The notes under the pieces are model-generated. The model was not told the DNA's origin. It worked only from the letters and a program-made list of their open reading frames with translations, and made no database searches. Shown piece after piece: positions 48,861 to 56,882 of a stretch of 64,000 nucleotides of DNA; position 1 is the stretch's first letter; each line of letters begins with the position of its first letter. The DNA is from an uncultured Nitrososphaerales archaeon (GTDB taxonomy: Archaea; Thermoproteota; Nitrososphaeria; Nitrososphaerales; Gagatemarchaeaceae). Both the position numbers and the translations under genes were made by a program. The DNA is taken from NCBI GenBank assembly GCA_963706445.1, contig OY970160.1, forward strand, positions 1,568,001 to 1,632,000, in the 5' to 3' direction.

Positions 48861-49391
48861 ATGACGAGGGTCGTCGCCTTCCTGAGGGCGATCAACGTCG
48901 GAGGCCACGTTGTGAAGAAGGAGCAGTTGCTGCAGGTGTTCGAGTCGCTTGGGTTCAAGGGCGCTGTGGCCTACAAGCAGGCGGGGAATGTGATTTTCGA
49001 AGCTGATGTAAAAGACCTTGAGAGGGCCAGGCTCGGCATAGAAAAGAAGCTGCGCAGTGCCCTCGGCTACGAAGTGGAGGTGTTCATTCGGGGAGTCCTA
49101 GACCTCCAGGGGCTGGTTGAGAAAGAGCCGCGTGCGCAGAAGGCAGATGTGATGAGTTGCTTGGTCACGTTTCTGCCCGACTCCATTCCCAATCGGCTCC
49201 CCCGGCTCCCATTGGTCATTCCCAAGTCGACGGTGGAGGTCGTTTCGTCGACGGGCAAGGAGGTAATCAGTCTGACACATGTCATGGGGGAGGGGGTTCT
49301 TCCCAACCAGTTCCTGGAGTCGGAGTTGAAGGCGAAGACTACCACCCGCAACATCAACGTGATACGAGAAATTGTGGAGAAGTTCGGCTAG
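48861..49391 (+). CDS. DUF1697 family protein
   Basis: VAFLRAINVGG..QAGNVIF..TTRNIN. Confidence 0.9.
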   Translation: MTRVVAFLRAINVGGHVVKKEQLLQVFESLGFKGAVAYKQAGNVIFEADVKDLERARLGIEKKLRSALGYEVEVFIRGVLDLQGLVEKEPRAQKADVMSCLVTFLPDSIPNRLPRLPLVIPKSTVEVVSSTGKEVISLTHVMGEGVLPNQFLESELKAKTTTRNINVIREIVEKFG

Positions 49392-49455
49392 TGCTCGGAC
49401 TCATCAGAGAGCGCCCTAAGACATAAAGACGGTCGAGCAAACTGCCGCAATTTGT

Positions 49456-49522
49456 GGCCCTGGTTGTGTAGCTTGGTAAGCATAGGAGGCTGTGGACCTC
49501 CTGACGTGGGTTCAAATCCCAC
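49456..49522 (+). pseudogene. tRNA-His(GTG), truncated: 3' strand of the acceptor stem missing
   Basis: G-1, GCCCTGG, D arm GTGT/GCAT, anticodon arm GGAGG-CTGTGGA-CCTCC, T arm GTGGG-TTCAAAT-CCCAC, then TTATTTA instead of the expected CCAGGGC. Confidence 0.88.
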
Positions 49523-49619
49523 TTATTTACTACCTAGGTAGGCTCAAACAAAGCGTTTAAGAGACGATGGGCTCTAGAAAGTGTCGAGGACCCCAATGCT
49601 CGAGACCGTAATGATAAGA

Positions 49620-49716
49620 GGCCGCGGGAGGGATTTGAACCCTCGACCCCGAGGTAGCTACGCTGAGTCTACAGCTCCACAGCCTCGTATGCTAACCAAG
49701 CTGCACCACCGCGGCC
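49620..49716 (-). tRNA. tRNA-His(GTG) with 21-nt intron at 37/38 (49656-49676)
   Basis: Acceptor GCCGCGG/CCGCGGC, encoded G-1:C73, anticodon stem CGAGG/CCTCG, T arm GAGGG-TTCAAAT-CCCTC; the intron forms a BHB motif (CUGU/GUAG central helix, 3-nt bulges, GCUG/CAGC stem). Confidence 0.95.
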
Positions 49717-49771
49717 AAGCGGATCAAAGGTCTCCGGGGGTTCCTGATTTAAGGAGAAGGGGAACCAATCC

Positions 49772-51040
49772 ATGATATCCCCTGAGCCGAAGCAGGCGTC
49801 GGTGGAGCGACTGATGGCAGTGGCCAAGCTCGCGGAATCGACGAAGAAGAACTACCTGATGAGGGTTAACCAGTATGTCAAGGAGGTGAAGATGGGTCCT
49901 GATGAATTCGTCAGGTCGGTGAAGGCCAGGCCCAAGAAGTTCGAAGAGTCGTTCATCGAGTTCCTCCAGGCGACGGCAAAACGCTCAAGCCCGTCGACGA
50001 CCATGGCTTACAGGGACTCCCTGAAAAGGTTCCTGGAGATCAACAGGGTAAGGGGAATCGACTGGGACTATGTGGGCGATTTCGTGCCCAGCGCCAAGAA
50101 AGCTGGCCAGGACAGGGCGCCGACCCTGGAGGAGATCCAGAGGATCGTCGACGTCTCAGATCTTAGGATGCGGTGTCTCGTGCTGTTCCTTTGCTCGACT
50201 GGGGCGAGGATAGGTTCGATTCCATATCTGAAATGGAGTGACGTCGAGGGGGTGGAGGTCGAAGAAAAGAAGTTCGCCAAGGTGACCATTTACAGGAACG
50301 AGCCGGAGGCGTATATCACATTCATGACGCCGGAGTCCTACGGATTGCTATTGGAGTACAGGAAGTTGAGAGAGGGCATAGGCGAGCATGTCACGGCGGC
50401 CTCTCATGTCTTCGTGACCCAGGGCAACGCCAGGGATTTCGACCCCGCCGGGGTAAGGCAGGTATCTATCAATACGCTGAAGAATCAACTGGGGAAGTTG
50501 CTCGAAAACCTCGGGATGAGAACGGCGATAAGCCAGCGAGGACGATACAAGACCTACGAATTCAAGCAGGCACATGGTTTCAGGAAGTTCTTCAAAACGA
50601 GGATGGAGGTCGCTGGGGTCAAGCCGCTAGCCGTAGAAACCATGATGGGGCACAACACCGGGCTCGCGAGAAGCTACTACAAGCCGACGGCGGGGGAGCT
50701 AGCGAACGAATACTCGAAGGCCATTGATGAGCTGACAATAGTCAGGCCCCAGCAATCGGTGGCTAAGGACGCGATACTCGCTACAATAAGAAAGGAAATG
50801 CTGATCGGGAGGTACAGTGAAGTGGAGATTGGGAAGATTGGGGACCTGTCAAAGCTCACCAACGAGCAGATGGTTGAGCTACTGAATAGGAGGGCTCAGC
50901 CGGCAGCCCCTAAGGTTGCGGGGACCGGAAGTCAGAGGGTGGTCCCAGCCAGCGATGTCAAGGGAATGATCGAACAGGGGTGGGAGTATCTGACGAAGCT
51001 CCCCGATGGGTATGTTGTCATGAAGCTGCCGAAGCCCTAG
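49772..51040 (+). CDS. Tyrosine recombinase/integrase
   Basis: STGARIG (R), HGFRKFF (HxxR), MMGH, RSYY (Y); SAM-like N-terminal domain. Confidence 0.95.
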   Translation: MISPEPKQASVERLMAVAKLAESTKKNYLMRVNQYVKEVKMGPDEFVRSVKARPKKFEESFIEFLQATAKRSSPSTTMAYRDSLKRFLEINRVRGIDWDYVGDFVPSAKKAGQDRAPTLEEIQRIVDVSDLRMRCLVLFLCSTGARIGSIPYLKWSDVEGVEVEEKKFAKVTIYRNEPEAYITFMTPESYGLLLEYRKLREGIGEHVTAASHVFVTQGNARDFDPAGVRQVSINTLKNQLGKLLENLGMRTAISQRGRYKTYEFKQAHGFRKFFKTRMEVAGVKPLAVETMMGHNTGLARSYYKPTAGELANEYSKAIDELTIVRPQQSVAKDAILATIRKEMLIGRYSEVEIGKIGDLSKLTNEQMVELLNRRAQPAAPKVAGTGSQRVVPASDVKGMIEQGWEYLTKLPDGYVVMKLPKP

Positions 51041-51092
51041 AACCGAAGCATAGAATAGGGCAAATCCGCCCCATCGCATTTCTTGAAGTGGG

Positions 51093-51248
51093 TTATTCCT
51101 CTCCGCGCTCTTTCTTGTGTCGTCTTAGGTGCTCTCTGACCATCGAGTCAAGTTGCTTCTGGTAGAGCGAGACGAATGACTTGCCACACTCGGGACACGA
51201 GGCGGTCAGGACTCGGGGCATCTCGGGTTGCTTTACAAGCATATCCAT
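51093..51248 (-). CDS. C2H2 zinc-finger microprotein (51 aa)
   Basis: MDMLVKQ..SCPECGKSF..VREHLRRH. Confidence 0.75.
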   Translation of the reverse strand: MDMLVKQPEMPRVLTASCPECGKSFVSLYQKQLDSMVREHLRRHKKERGEE

Positions 51249-51324
51249 ACCCCTACCGGTATGGATATATAGAACTTGCGCCGAAAACCTCAGATGCTTA
51301 TATAGCCCACTGGTATGGGTATGG
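51241..51324. promoter_or_regulatory. Divergent promoter region with operator-like repeats
   Basis: Perfect 11-6-11 inverted repeat ATATCCATACC/GGTATGGATAT (51241-51268); GGTATGG twice more at 51312-51324; TTATATA near 51298. Confidence 0.65.
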
Positions 51325-51398
51325 GTACCCCTTACGACGGTGGACCGGGTCTTCACCCATCCATAAGTGACGGCGATCACGCCGGTGAGATTTCACTG

Positions 51399-51554
51399 GT
51401 GGGATTGAAGGAGAAAGCTCGCCGCATCCTTCCTCCCAATAGCCCGGCGAGGAACTTGATTCTGGCTGAGAAGGACACCCTCCCGGTAGGGGAAGCGCTA
51501 GCGAAGTTCGAAGTCTTCGACAGGCTCCTCATGAACGAGCTGAAGGTGGCATGA
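51399..51554 (+). CDS. Small helical hypothetical protein (51 aa)
   Basis: MGLKEKARRILPPNSPARNLILAEKDTL..; GGTGA Shine-Dalgarno upstream of GTG. Confidence 0.65.
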   Translation: MGLKEKARRILPPNSPARNLILAEKDTLPVGEALAKFEVFDRLLMNELKVA

Positions 51555-51555
51555 A

Positions 51556-52194
51556 GTGTACTTTGTCTATAGATGCCGAAGCTGCGGCGCCGAGCTCCTG
51601 GACGGGTCGAGGGACAATCTGAGGCAGAGGGTCCGGGAACACCCCTGCCCTAGGAGCGGCCAGGTGGTCATCTGGGAGGCGATAGGCCGCCCGGCGGTTC
51701 ACGAAAGGACCAAGCAAGATCGCAACAGGAGATTACGAGAACAGAAGCTTCGGGCACTGGAACTCGTATGCGGGAAGGTGGAACCGCTTGGGAGAGGTGC
51801 GTCAATGGTGAACTCGCAAGTTGTGGTCAAGTGTGCCCATCCGGGGTGCGAAGTCCAGGACCCTAGTAAGCTCGAGTTGTACCTGAAGGATGGGAGCAAG
51901 AGGCCGCTGACTAAGTCGGGAGGGAAGAAGTGGGGGACGAACCTGTACCCGGGAATTGTGGCGGGTCATATCGATCCGGATCCTTTCATTGTCGTGTGCA
52001 AGATGCATAGGACGATGTACACTTCAAGCAGGAGATGGCAACCAGTCGCCCCAAAGCTTGGACACTCGACTGGAAGGCCGGAAGAGGAGGCACGGACGGT
52101 CACGGTTGGGGAGCTATTGAGGACGCTATTAGCAAAACGGAGGAAGTCTGGAGAATCGGAAGAGGCGGGAGTGGAGTGGAGCCAGAGGACATGA
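51556..52194 (+). CDS. Zinc-binding protein with degenerate HNH-like domain
   Basis: CRSCG..HPC N-terminus; RALELVCG..KCAHPGC..LELYLKDG..GTNLY..FIVVCKMH. Confidence 0.55.
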   Translation: MYFVYRCRSCGAELLDGSRDNLRQRVREHPCPRSGQVVIWEAIGRPAVHERTKQDRNRRLREQKLRALELVCGKVEPLGRGASMVNSQVVVKCAHPGCEVQDPSKLELYLKDGSKRPLTKSGGKKWGTNLYPGIVAGHIDPDPFIVVCKMHRTMYTSSRRWQPVAPKLGHSTGRPEEEARTVTVGELLRTLLAKRRKSGESEEAGVEWSQRT

Positions 52195-52283
52195 GCGGAT
52201 GCACTTGCATGTGGGTTAGGGCTGGATTGGGTTCTGGGTGGCCAGGCGGCGATAAGAAATCAACGAATTTCCAAGGAAAACCC

Positions 52284-52568
52284 GACATTGGTCAAGGTGG
52301 CGGACATTTAGAGGGGCTCTCCTACTACCTCTAGTACCCAAGACATTGGTCAGGAGGGTTGCTGTCTAGGGGTTCGAGGAATGTCCGAATATGGACCGTG
52401 TGGAAACCTAACGTTAAGGCGCTACTTTGAGACAGAACAGGGCTTGGTTTGGTGACTGGTGCCTGCCTAGAGGGCTCCCCTCCCACTTGGGCCCACCTCA
52501 TGGGAGTCTAGGAGCCGAGCGACAAGCGATAACTTAACGCCTGACCATAACAAATATTCGATTGGTCA
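52284..52568. repeat. Cluster of short repeats (GACATTGGTCA and variants)
   Basis: GACATTGGTCA at 52284 and 52342, ATTGGTCA at 52561, CGGACATT at 52301 with its inverse AATGTCCG at 52380. Confidence 0.6.
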
Positions 52569-52604
52569 CTGTAGGTTTCCGAATGGGGAGATGGAGTGTT
52601 GGGG

Positions 52605-52739
52605 TCAGGGTGTACTCCTGAATCGAGCTTTGAAGTGCTGGCACTCTTCATGCTTGACCATCACATCGTACCACTCTCCGCATTGTTCACAGTAGTACCA
52701 GCGGTTGAGACTGAAATCCCATGGAGGCCTCCGTGGCAT
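52605..52739 (-). CDS. Zinc-finger microprotein (44 aa)
   Basis: MPRRPPWDFSLNRWYYCEQCGEWYDVMVKHEECQHF..; CTTAAG box about 27 nt upstream. Confidence 0.55.
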   Translation of the reverse strand: MPRRPPWDFSLNRWYYCEQCGEWYDVMVKHEECQHFKARFRSTP

Positions 52740-52844
52740 AGCCAAAACAAGGAACGCGGGGCCCTTAAGCCTTGACTCTCCAAAGAAAGGGGGCGGTGGC
52801 GAATCGAATCGCCCAAGTGGGAGAATCTGGAGCGCCTGAGCTCC

Positions 52845-53217
52845 AAGGATAAGAACCACTTCCTGACCCGACAACTATGAGGCCATGCTCTCGATGAAGA
52901 CCATCGACCTGCTCTTCCAGAACTTCAAGTCCGACCTGAAGCTGGAGGAGATCATCCTGAACTCGCGGAGGCTCGCCAGCTTCCTTCTGGGCAGGAGCCA
53001 GAGCCTGGAGTTCGTCCTGAGGCCGGTCGTAGTCAAAGAGGCGTTCGTGAAGGACGCCGTGAAAGAGATGATCCTGACGAAATCGCATCGGGAACTGGGG
53101 ATGAACAAGAGCACGCTTTGGTATCAGAGGAAACACATGAGAGAGACCGGGTCGGTAAGGCTTTACAACAAGACGAAGCAGTATTTCGTCTCTAACCCGA
53201 GTTGCAAGAATTTTTAG
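52845..53217 (+). pseudogene. cas1: C-terminal remnant of a Cas1-solo/casposase-like protein with HTH extension
   Basis: (HFLT/DNYEAML)..IILNSRRLASFLLGRSQSLEF..KEMILTKSHRELGMNKSTLWYQRKHMRETGSVRLYNKTK resembles the archaeal Cas1+HTH tail (recalled); frameshift near 52869; catalytic core absent. Confidence 0.7.
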
Positions 53218-53247
53218 GATAACGGGATTCGGCAGTGCCCCGCGGAA

Positions 53248-54153
53248 TTGGTTGCCGACCCTCAAGCCACCTTACTGAGCTATTTGACGCAAGAAGTTTC
53301 GGCTCATGGGACGATACTCGTTGGCTTGATTGCGGCCATGTTCGCTTACTTCACTCTCAAGGGACACGAGTCGTTCTCGAAGACAGTTCTTGGAACCCCG
53401 AAAAGAGGGTGGAATGAAGTACTTTCAGCATCGGCATTGCTGCTACTTGTGGCGGGAGTCGTCTTCGTCATCGGAAGGATGATGAGCTATGGTCAGTTAA
53501 CCTACTTCACGATTTACAATAATCCAATTGCGAATCAAAGTCTGGGGACATACTACACAGCAGTTCATAATGCATCGATCTCGTTCGGTGCTCCACGGAT
53601 AGTCTTAGAATACTTTCCTAGCGACTTCTGGGCAGGAGGGCTATTCTCGATATGGGTAGGCGGCTTCTTGACATTGATGCTCTGGAGACCACGAAGAATA
53701 TCCAGGTGGCGCCTCATTTTCTCTGGAGTAATGTTAGTCTTCGCTCTGTTTTCGTCGGTACTAGTTAGCCATATTTTAGCGAACGGGGCAGACAGGGATT
53801 ACGTGTTCATTTTACTTTACGTTGCATACTTTCTAGCCTCAGTAGGAAATTGGCCGATTCCATGGCGTGACCTGTTCAAGGGAATCCCCGTGGGCAAGAT
53901 GGCCATCATTTACCTTGACAATGACCAAACAATCGGAGGCAAAGTCACACAGAGAAGCGGAGGGGAGATGACAATCGAAGACGCTTCTATGATTGCGGTT
54001 CACCATGTCCTAGGCGGTGCAGAGCCTTCCTTTGAGCCCACAAGCGGAATGGGGGATGTCAACATCCCTGTCTCATCCATCCTCAGGTGGAGCCCGTTTC
54101 CCACCAGTCTTGCCGAAAAATGGAAAAACCTCCCTAAGAACCAATCAAAGTAG
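53248..54153 (+). CDS. Multi-pass membrane protein with C-terminal Sm/LSm-like domain
   Basis: About five TM helices, then GKMAIIYLDNDQTIGGKV..MTIEDA..VNIPVSSILRW; AT-rich relative to the host genes. Confidence 0.65.
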   Translation: MVADPQATLLSYLTQEVSAHGTILVGLIAAMFAYFTLKGHESFSKTVLGTPKRGWNEVLSASALLLLVAGVVFVIGRMMSYGQLTYFTIYNNPIANQSLGTYYTAVHNASISFGAPRIVLEYFPSDFWAGGLFSIWVGGFLTLMLWRPRRISRWRLIFSGVMLVFALFSSVLVSHILANGADRDYVFILLYVAYFLASVGNWPIPWRDLFKGIPVGKMAIIYLDNDQTIGGKVTQRSGGEMTIEDASMIAVHHVLGGAEPSFEPTSGMGDVNIPVSSILRWSPFPTSLAEKWKNLPKNQSK

Positions 54154-54442
54154 CTCTGCTTACGCATCGAAGCCAAGTCCTGCTTCTCTCCATTCACGCA
54201 GGCGCGTTACGGCGACACTGACGTCTACATTTCTCAGTCACTCGAAGCATCTGAAGTGCCTTAATCTATGCCGTGAAGTGCTGAGTATAGTGACTTAACA
54301 AACCCTTCCAAGGACTCGATTGGCTGGGGATCATACATTCGACCCCAACAGGACGAGGTATTCCCGGCGGGGGTGCGCCATTGCTAAGACTTTTCATATT
54401 GGGCAGGGCCCGAACTGGAGAAGAATTGCCGCCCTAGTGTAA

Positions 54443-54901
54443 TCAGGCCGACGTGACTTTGAGCAGACCGCTCTGCATGGCCCAGTGTATCGAACAGAAG
54501 ATGCTACAATAGATTCGGAAATCCCCGCTCTTATCAGCGACGAAGGACACGTGCAGAACCTGGCCTGGCACAATTGTGATGATGTTGCTGTCGTAGTAGT
54601 ACGTTACCTGGAATCCATGCGCTTGGAAGTCGGTGTTGCAGACTGTGATGTTCACAGTCTGGTTTTGCTGGACGGTCATCACCGGCCACGAATTTGTAGG
54701 CACACCATGGGAGATGCTGTCGTTGTAACCGTCACTGCTCGCAACTATAAGGAACCCGTCGGCGGGCTTCACGCACTCCAATGGAAGAGAGGTGGAGGTA
54801 GTGGTCCTGCCCCGGCTTGCTAGGTAGAACGCGGTGGTAAGGATGGCGCCGACAAGGACTACAACCAAGACGACAAGGATAATCAGCTGGTTTGGCTTCA
54901 A
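54443..54901 (-). CDS. Membrane-anchored cupredoxin with CuA-like motif
   Basis: AHGF..GDFRIYCSIFCSIHWAM. Confidence 0.85.
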   Translation of the reverse strand: MKPNQLIILVVLVVVLVGAILTTAFYLASRGRTTTSTSLPLECVKPADGFLIVASSDGYNDSISHGVPTNSWPVMTVQQNQTVNITVCNTDFQAHGFQVTYYYDSNIITIVPGQVLHVSFVADKSGDFRIYCSIFCSIHWAMQSGLLKVTSA

Positions 54902-54918
54902 CCACTGTCAGAGCCAGT

Positions 54919-55809
54919 TTACGAATGGAGGAGAGCCGCCAGATAAAGGCAAGTGAATCCCAGAATCATCATCAAAGCGATCTTTGTTGATTCCAATTTT
55001 GAACCTGCGCCCTGGAAGAGCGGTCGAGCAAGCCTCAAGGCGGCGTAGGTCGAGGTCCCAAGGCCAAAAGCGAACACATAGGTAAAGTCGATATTGGGAA
55101 ACGCCTGAATCAGATAGTACGAGCTCGCTCCCCCGATTATCCCCGGCAAAGTGAAGGCCAGGGTCAGGACGACGAGGTCCTTCAGACGGCCACCCATGTC
55201 CTTCGTGTGGGCCTTTGCGTAAATCCAATATGCTGCGCCAACCATCATGGGCTCCAGTCCCTTATGCAGCACGAAAGCTGTCCCCGCTGATAGGCCGCCG
55301 AATGCGTCTATCAGGTTTGTACTCGAAGATGTTGCTGCAGTAGCGCCAACCGCGGCTCCCTCGCCGAAGCCATGGATTCCTACCGCAACGGCTACGAGCA
55401 GTGGTATCGCAAAGCCGAAGCTGACCCCAACGGACCCCTCGGCGAACATCTTGGTGTCAAGGGAGAATAGGAGAACCACGCCGATCGCGAAGACCACCCA
55501 CAGGGCGATATGCCAGCCGCCCCCAGTGAATCCCTCACTGACCCCGAGCAGCGAAGCATCCCCGATGGTGTCCGAGAAGAACCAAAGGTATAGACCGATG
55601 GCGAATGCCGCGAGGTACTTCCCACTGAGGTATCTTGCCGCTGCAGAGATTATTAAAAGCCCAATGAAGGTCGGAATCAGAAAGGTTGCGAGAACAGCGC
55701 CGAAGGTTTCAGCGAAACCTATCAAATTGCCGAACTCCCAACCCTTACCGGAAGAGTATGAACCGCAACCGAGGAGGGCTTCCCCTTCGCTGGGAACGGC
55801 ACCTCTCAC
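54919..55809 (-). CDS. ZIP-family-like metal transporter (true start probably downstream of 55809)
   Basis: AVGIHGFGEGAAVG and FVLHKGLEP metal-site helices; about eight TM. Confidence 0.75.
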   Translation of the reverse strand: MRGAVPSEGEALLGCGSYSSGKGWEFGNLIGFAETFGAVLATFLIPTFIGLLIISAAARYLSGKYLAAFAIGLYLWFFSDTIGDASLLGVSEGFTGGGWHIALWVVFAIGVVLLFSLDTKMFAEGSVGVSFGFAIPLLVAVAVGIHGFGEGAAVGATAATSSSTNLIDAFGGLSAGTAFVLHKGLEPMMVGAAYWIYAKAHTKDMGGRLKDLVVLTLAFTLPGIIGGASSYYLIQAFPNIDFTYVFAFGLGTSTYAALRLARPLFQGAGSKLESTKIALMMILGFTCLYLAALLHS

Positions 55810-55897
55810 GAGTAGGGATGTTTAGTTATTCAGCATTGTGGCTCAAACGGCGAAACCTAAGAAACCTTAAGTCGATTCGTAGGGTGAAATAATCGCC

Positions 55898-56236
55898 TTG
55901 TCATTACCAACCCTAATTACTTCAAACCAGGACGACATCATGCATTTTGTCCTGCTCGTGCTTTCCGTCGTCCTTATGGCCGTATCCGCAAACGGGTTTA
56001 GGAGGAGACCAAACAGCCGGTACTTTTTCCTCATGCTGGCCTTCATTTTCTTCTGTCTGGATCAAGCAATCACGTTCTATCAAGAAATCTATCTGAACGG
56101 CCTGCTGATTTCAATTCCAATTCTCAGCTTGCATCTCGTCCACCTCCTAGAACTATTGATGAGCGTCAGCTTCCTGACAGCTCTGCTCAGGCCTTTCTCC
56201 CTTGGTCGGAGGGACGTGCAAGAAAGTGGATTCTGA
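55898..56236 (+). CDS. Small three-TM membrane protein
   Basis: Three hydrophobic helices; overlaps the downstream HTH gene. Confidence 0.7.
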   Translation: MSLPTLITSNQDDIMHFVLLVLSVVLMAVSANGFRRRPNSRYFFLMLAFIFFCLDQAITFYQEIYLNGLLISIPILSLHLVHLLELLMSVSFLTALLRPFSLGRRDVQESGF

Positions 56237-56759
56237 CAACATCAACCGTCAGCAAACCAAGCGACTGATATCGTTGTTCCCTGGCGTCCACCTCCGAATG
56301 CTTTCGAGATACCTTGGAGTATCTCTGAGCACGGCCCGATATCATCTGGCAGGCCTCCAGAGAGACGGCGAGGTCTACTGCAGGAAGGAAGGGGGGCATC
56401 TCAGAGCCTATCCCCTCTGGGCAACCGACGAACGTAGCAGAATGATATATGCCGTTCTCCAGCAAAAGGCGGTAAGGAGGATTCTTCGCATAATGCTCAG
56501 AGGAGAGCATGGGGAAGAACCAATGAAGACAAACAGTTGGATTTCGGGTGAGGCCCGCCTTTCCCAATCGACAGTGAGCGAGTATCTAGGCGCGCTCCAG
56601 GATCTACAGGTGGTCAGAAGGATGACCAACAAGGAAGGTCGCGCAGCATTTGAAATCGCAGATGAAGACAAGAGCCTCCTATCGACCGTTCTAGCGTCTT
56701 ATGAGGGTAACTTCGCTTCTAGGGCCACAGACAATTACGTTGACCTCTGGGAGTTCTAG
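56226..56759 (+). CDS. Tandem winged-HTH transcriptional regulator
   Basis: PGVHLRMLSRYLGVSLSTARYHLAGL and LSQSTVSEYLGAL. Confidence 0.85.
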   Translation: MDSDNINRQQTKRLISLFPGVHLRMLSRYLGVSLSTARYHLAGLQRDGEVYCRKEGGHLRAYPLWATDERSRMIYAVLQQKAVRRILRIMLRGEHGEEPMKTNSWISGEARLSQSTVSEYLGALQDLQVVRRMTNKEGRAAFEIADEDKSLLSTVLASYEGNFASRATDNYVDLWEF

Positions 56760-56782
56760 GTCGGGCCGGCCTGCCTTGCTCT

Positions 56783-56825
56783 GTTAACTGCTGTAATTTT
56801 TCTGAAAATTTTTGCAGCAGTTAAC
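56783..56825. terminator. AT-rich hairpin between convergent genes
   Basis: Perfect 11-bp arms GTTAACTGCTG/CAGCAGTTAAC enclosing T/A tracts. Confidence 0.55.
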
Positions 56826-56856
56826 CTGCCTACTCCTGGAGAGAGAGGGCCTAATG

Positions 56857-56882
56857 TGCGGTCGCCGGGATCTGAACCCCGG
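56857..56882 (-). other. tRNA-Gly-like 3' fragment (att-site relic)
   Basis: Reverse complement CCGGGGTTCAGATCCCGGCGACCGCA: T arm plus acceptor strand CGACCGC-A; no anticodon or D arm. Confidence 0.65.

Larger units (their letters stand above)
49517..52494. mobile_element. Putative integrated element at tRNA-His (minimal extent; right boundary uncertain)
   Basis: Integrase beside a disrupted tRNA; TCCCACTT occurs at both 49517-49524 and 52481-52488; viral-type small genes inside. Confidence 0.55.

Noticed and set aside
49456-49620. Truncated tRNA-His as a split, permuted or non-canonical-intron tRNA
   Set aside because: No CCAGGGC-like strand, BHB motif or complementary leader was found nearby. 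Trans-splicing with a distant piece cannot be fully excluded.
54321-54346. Bacterial tRNA-Gln-like 3' end (reverse complement ..TCGAATGTATGATCCCCAGCCA)
   Set aside because: The T stem does not pair; the similarity is too weak to support.
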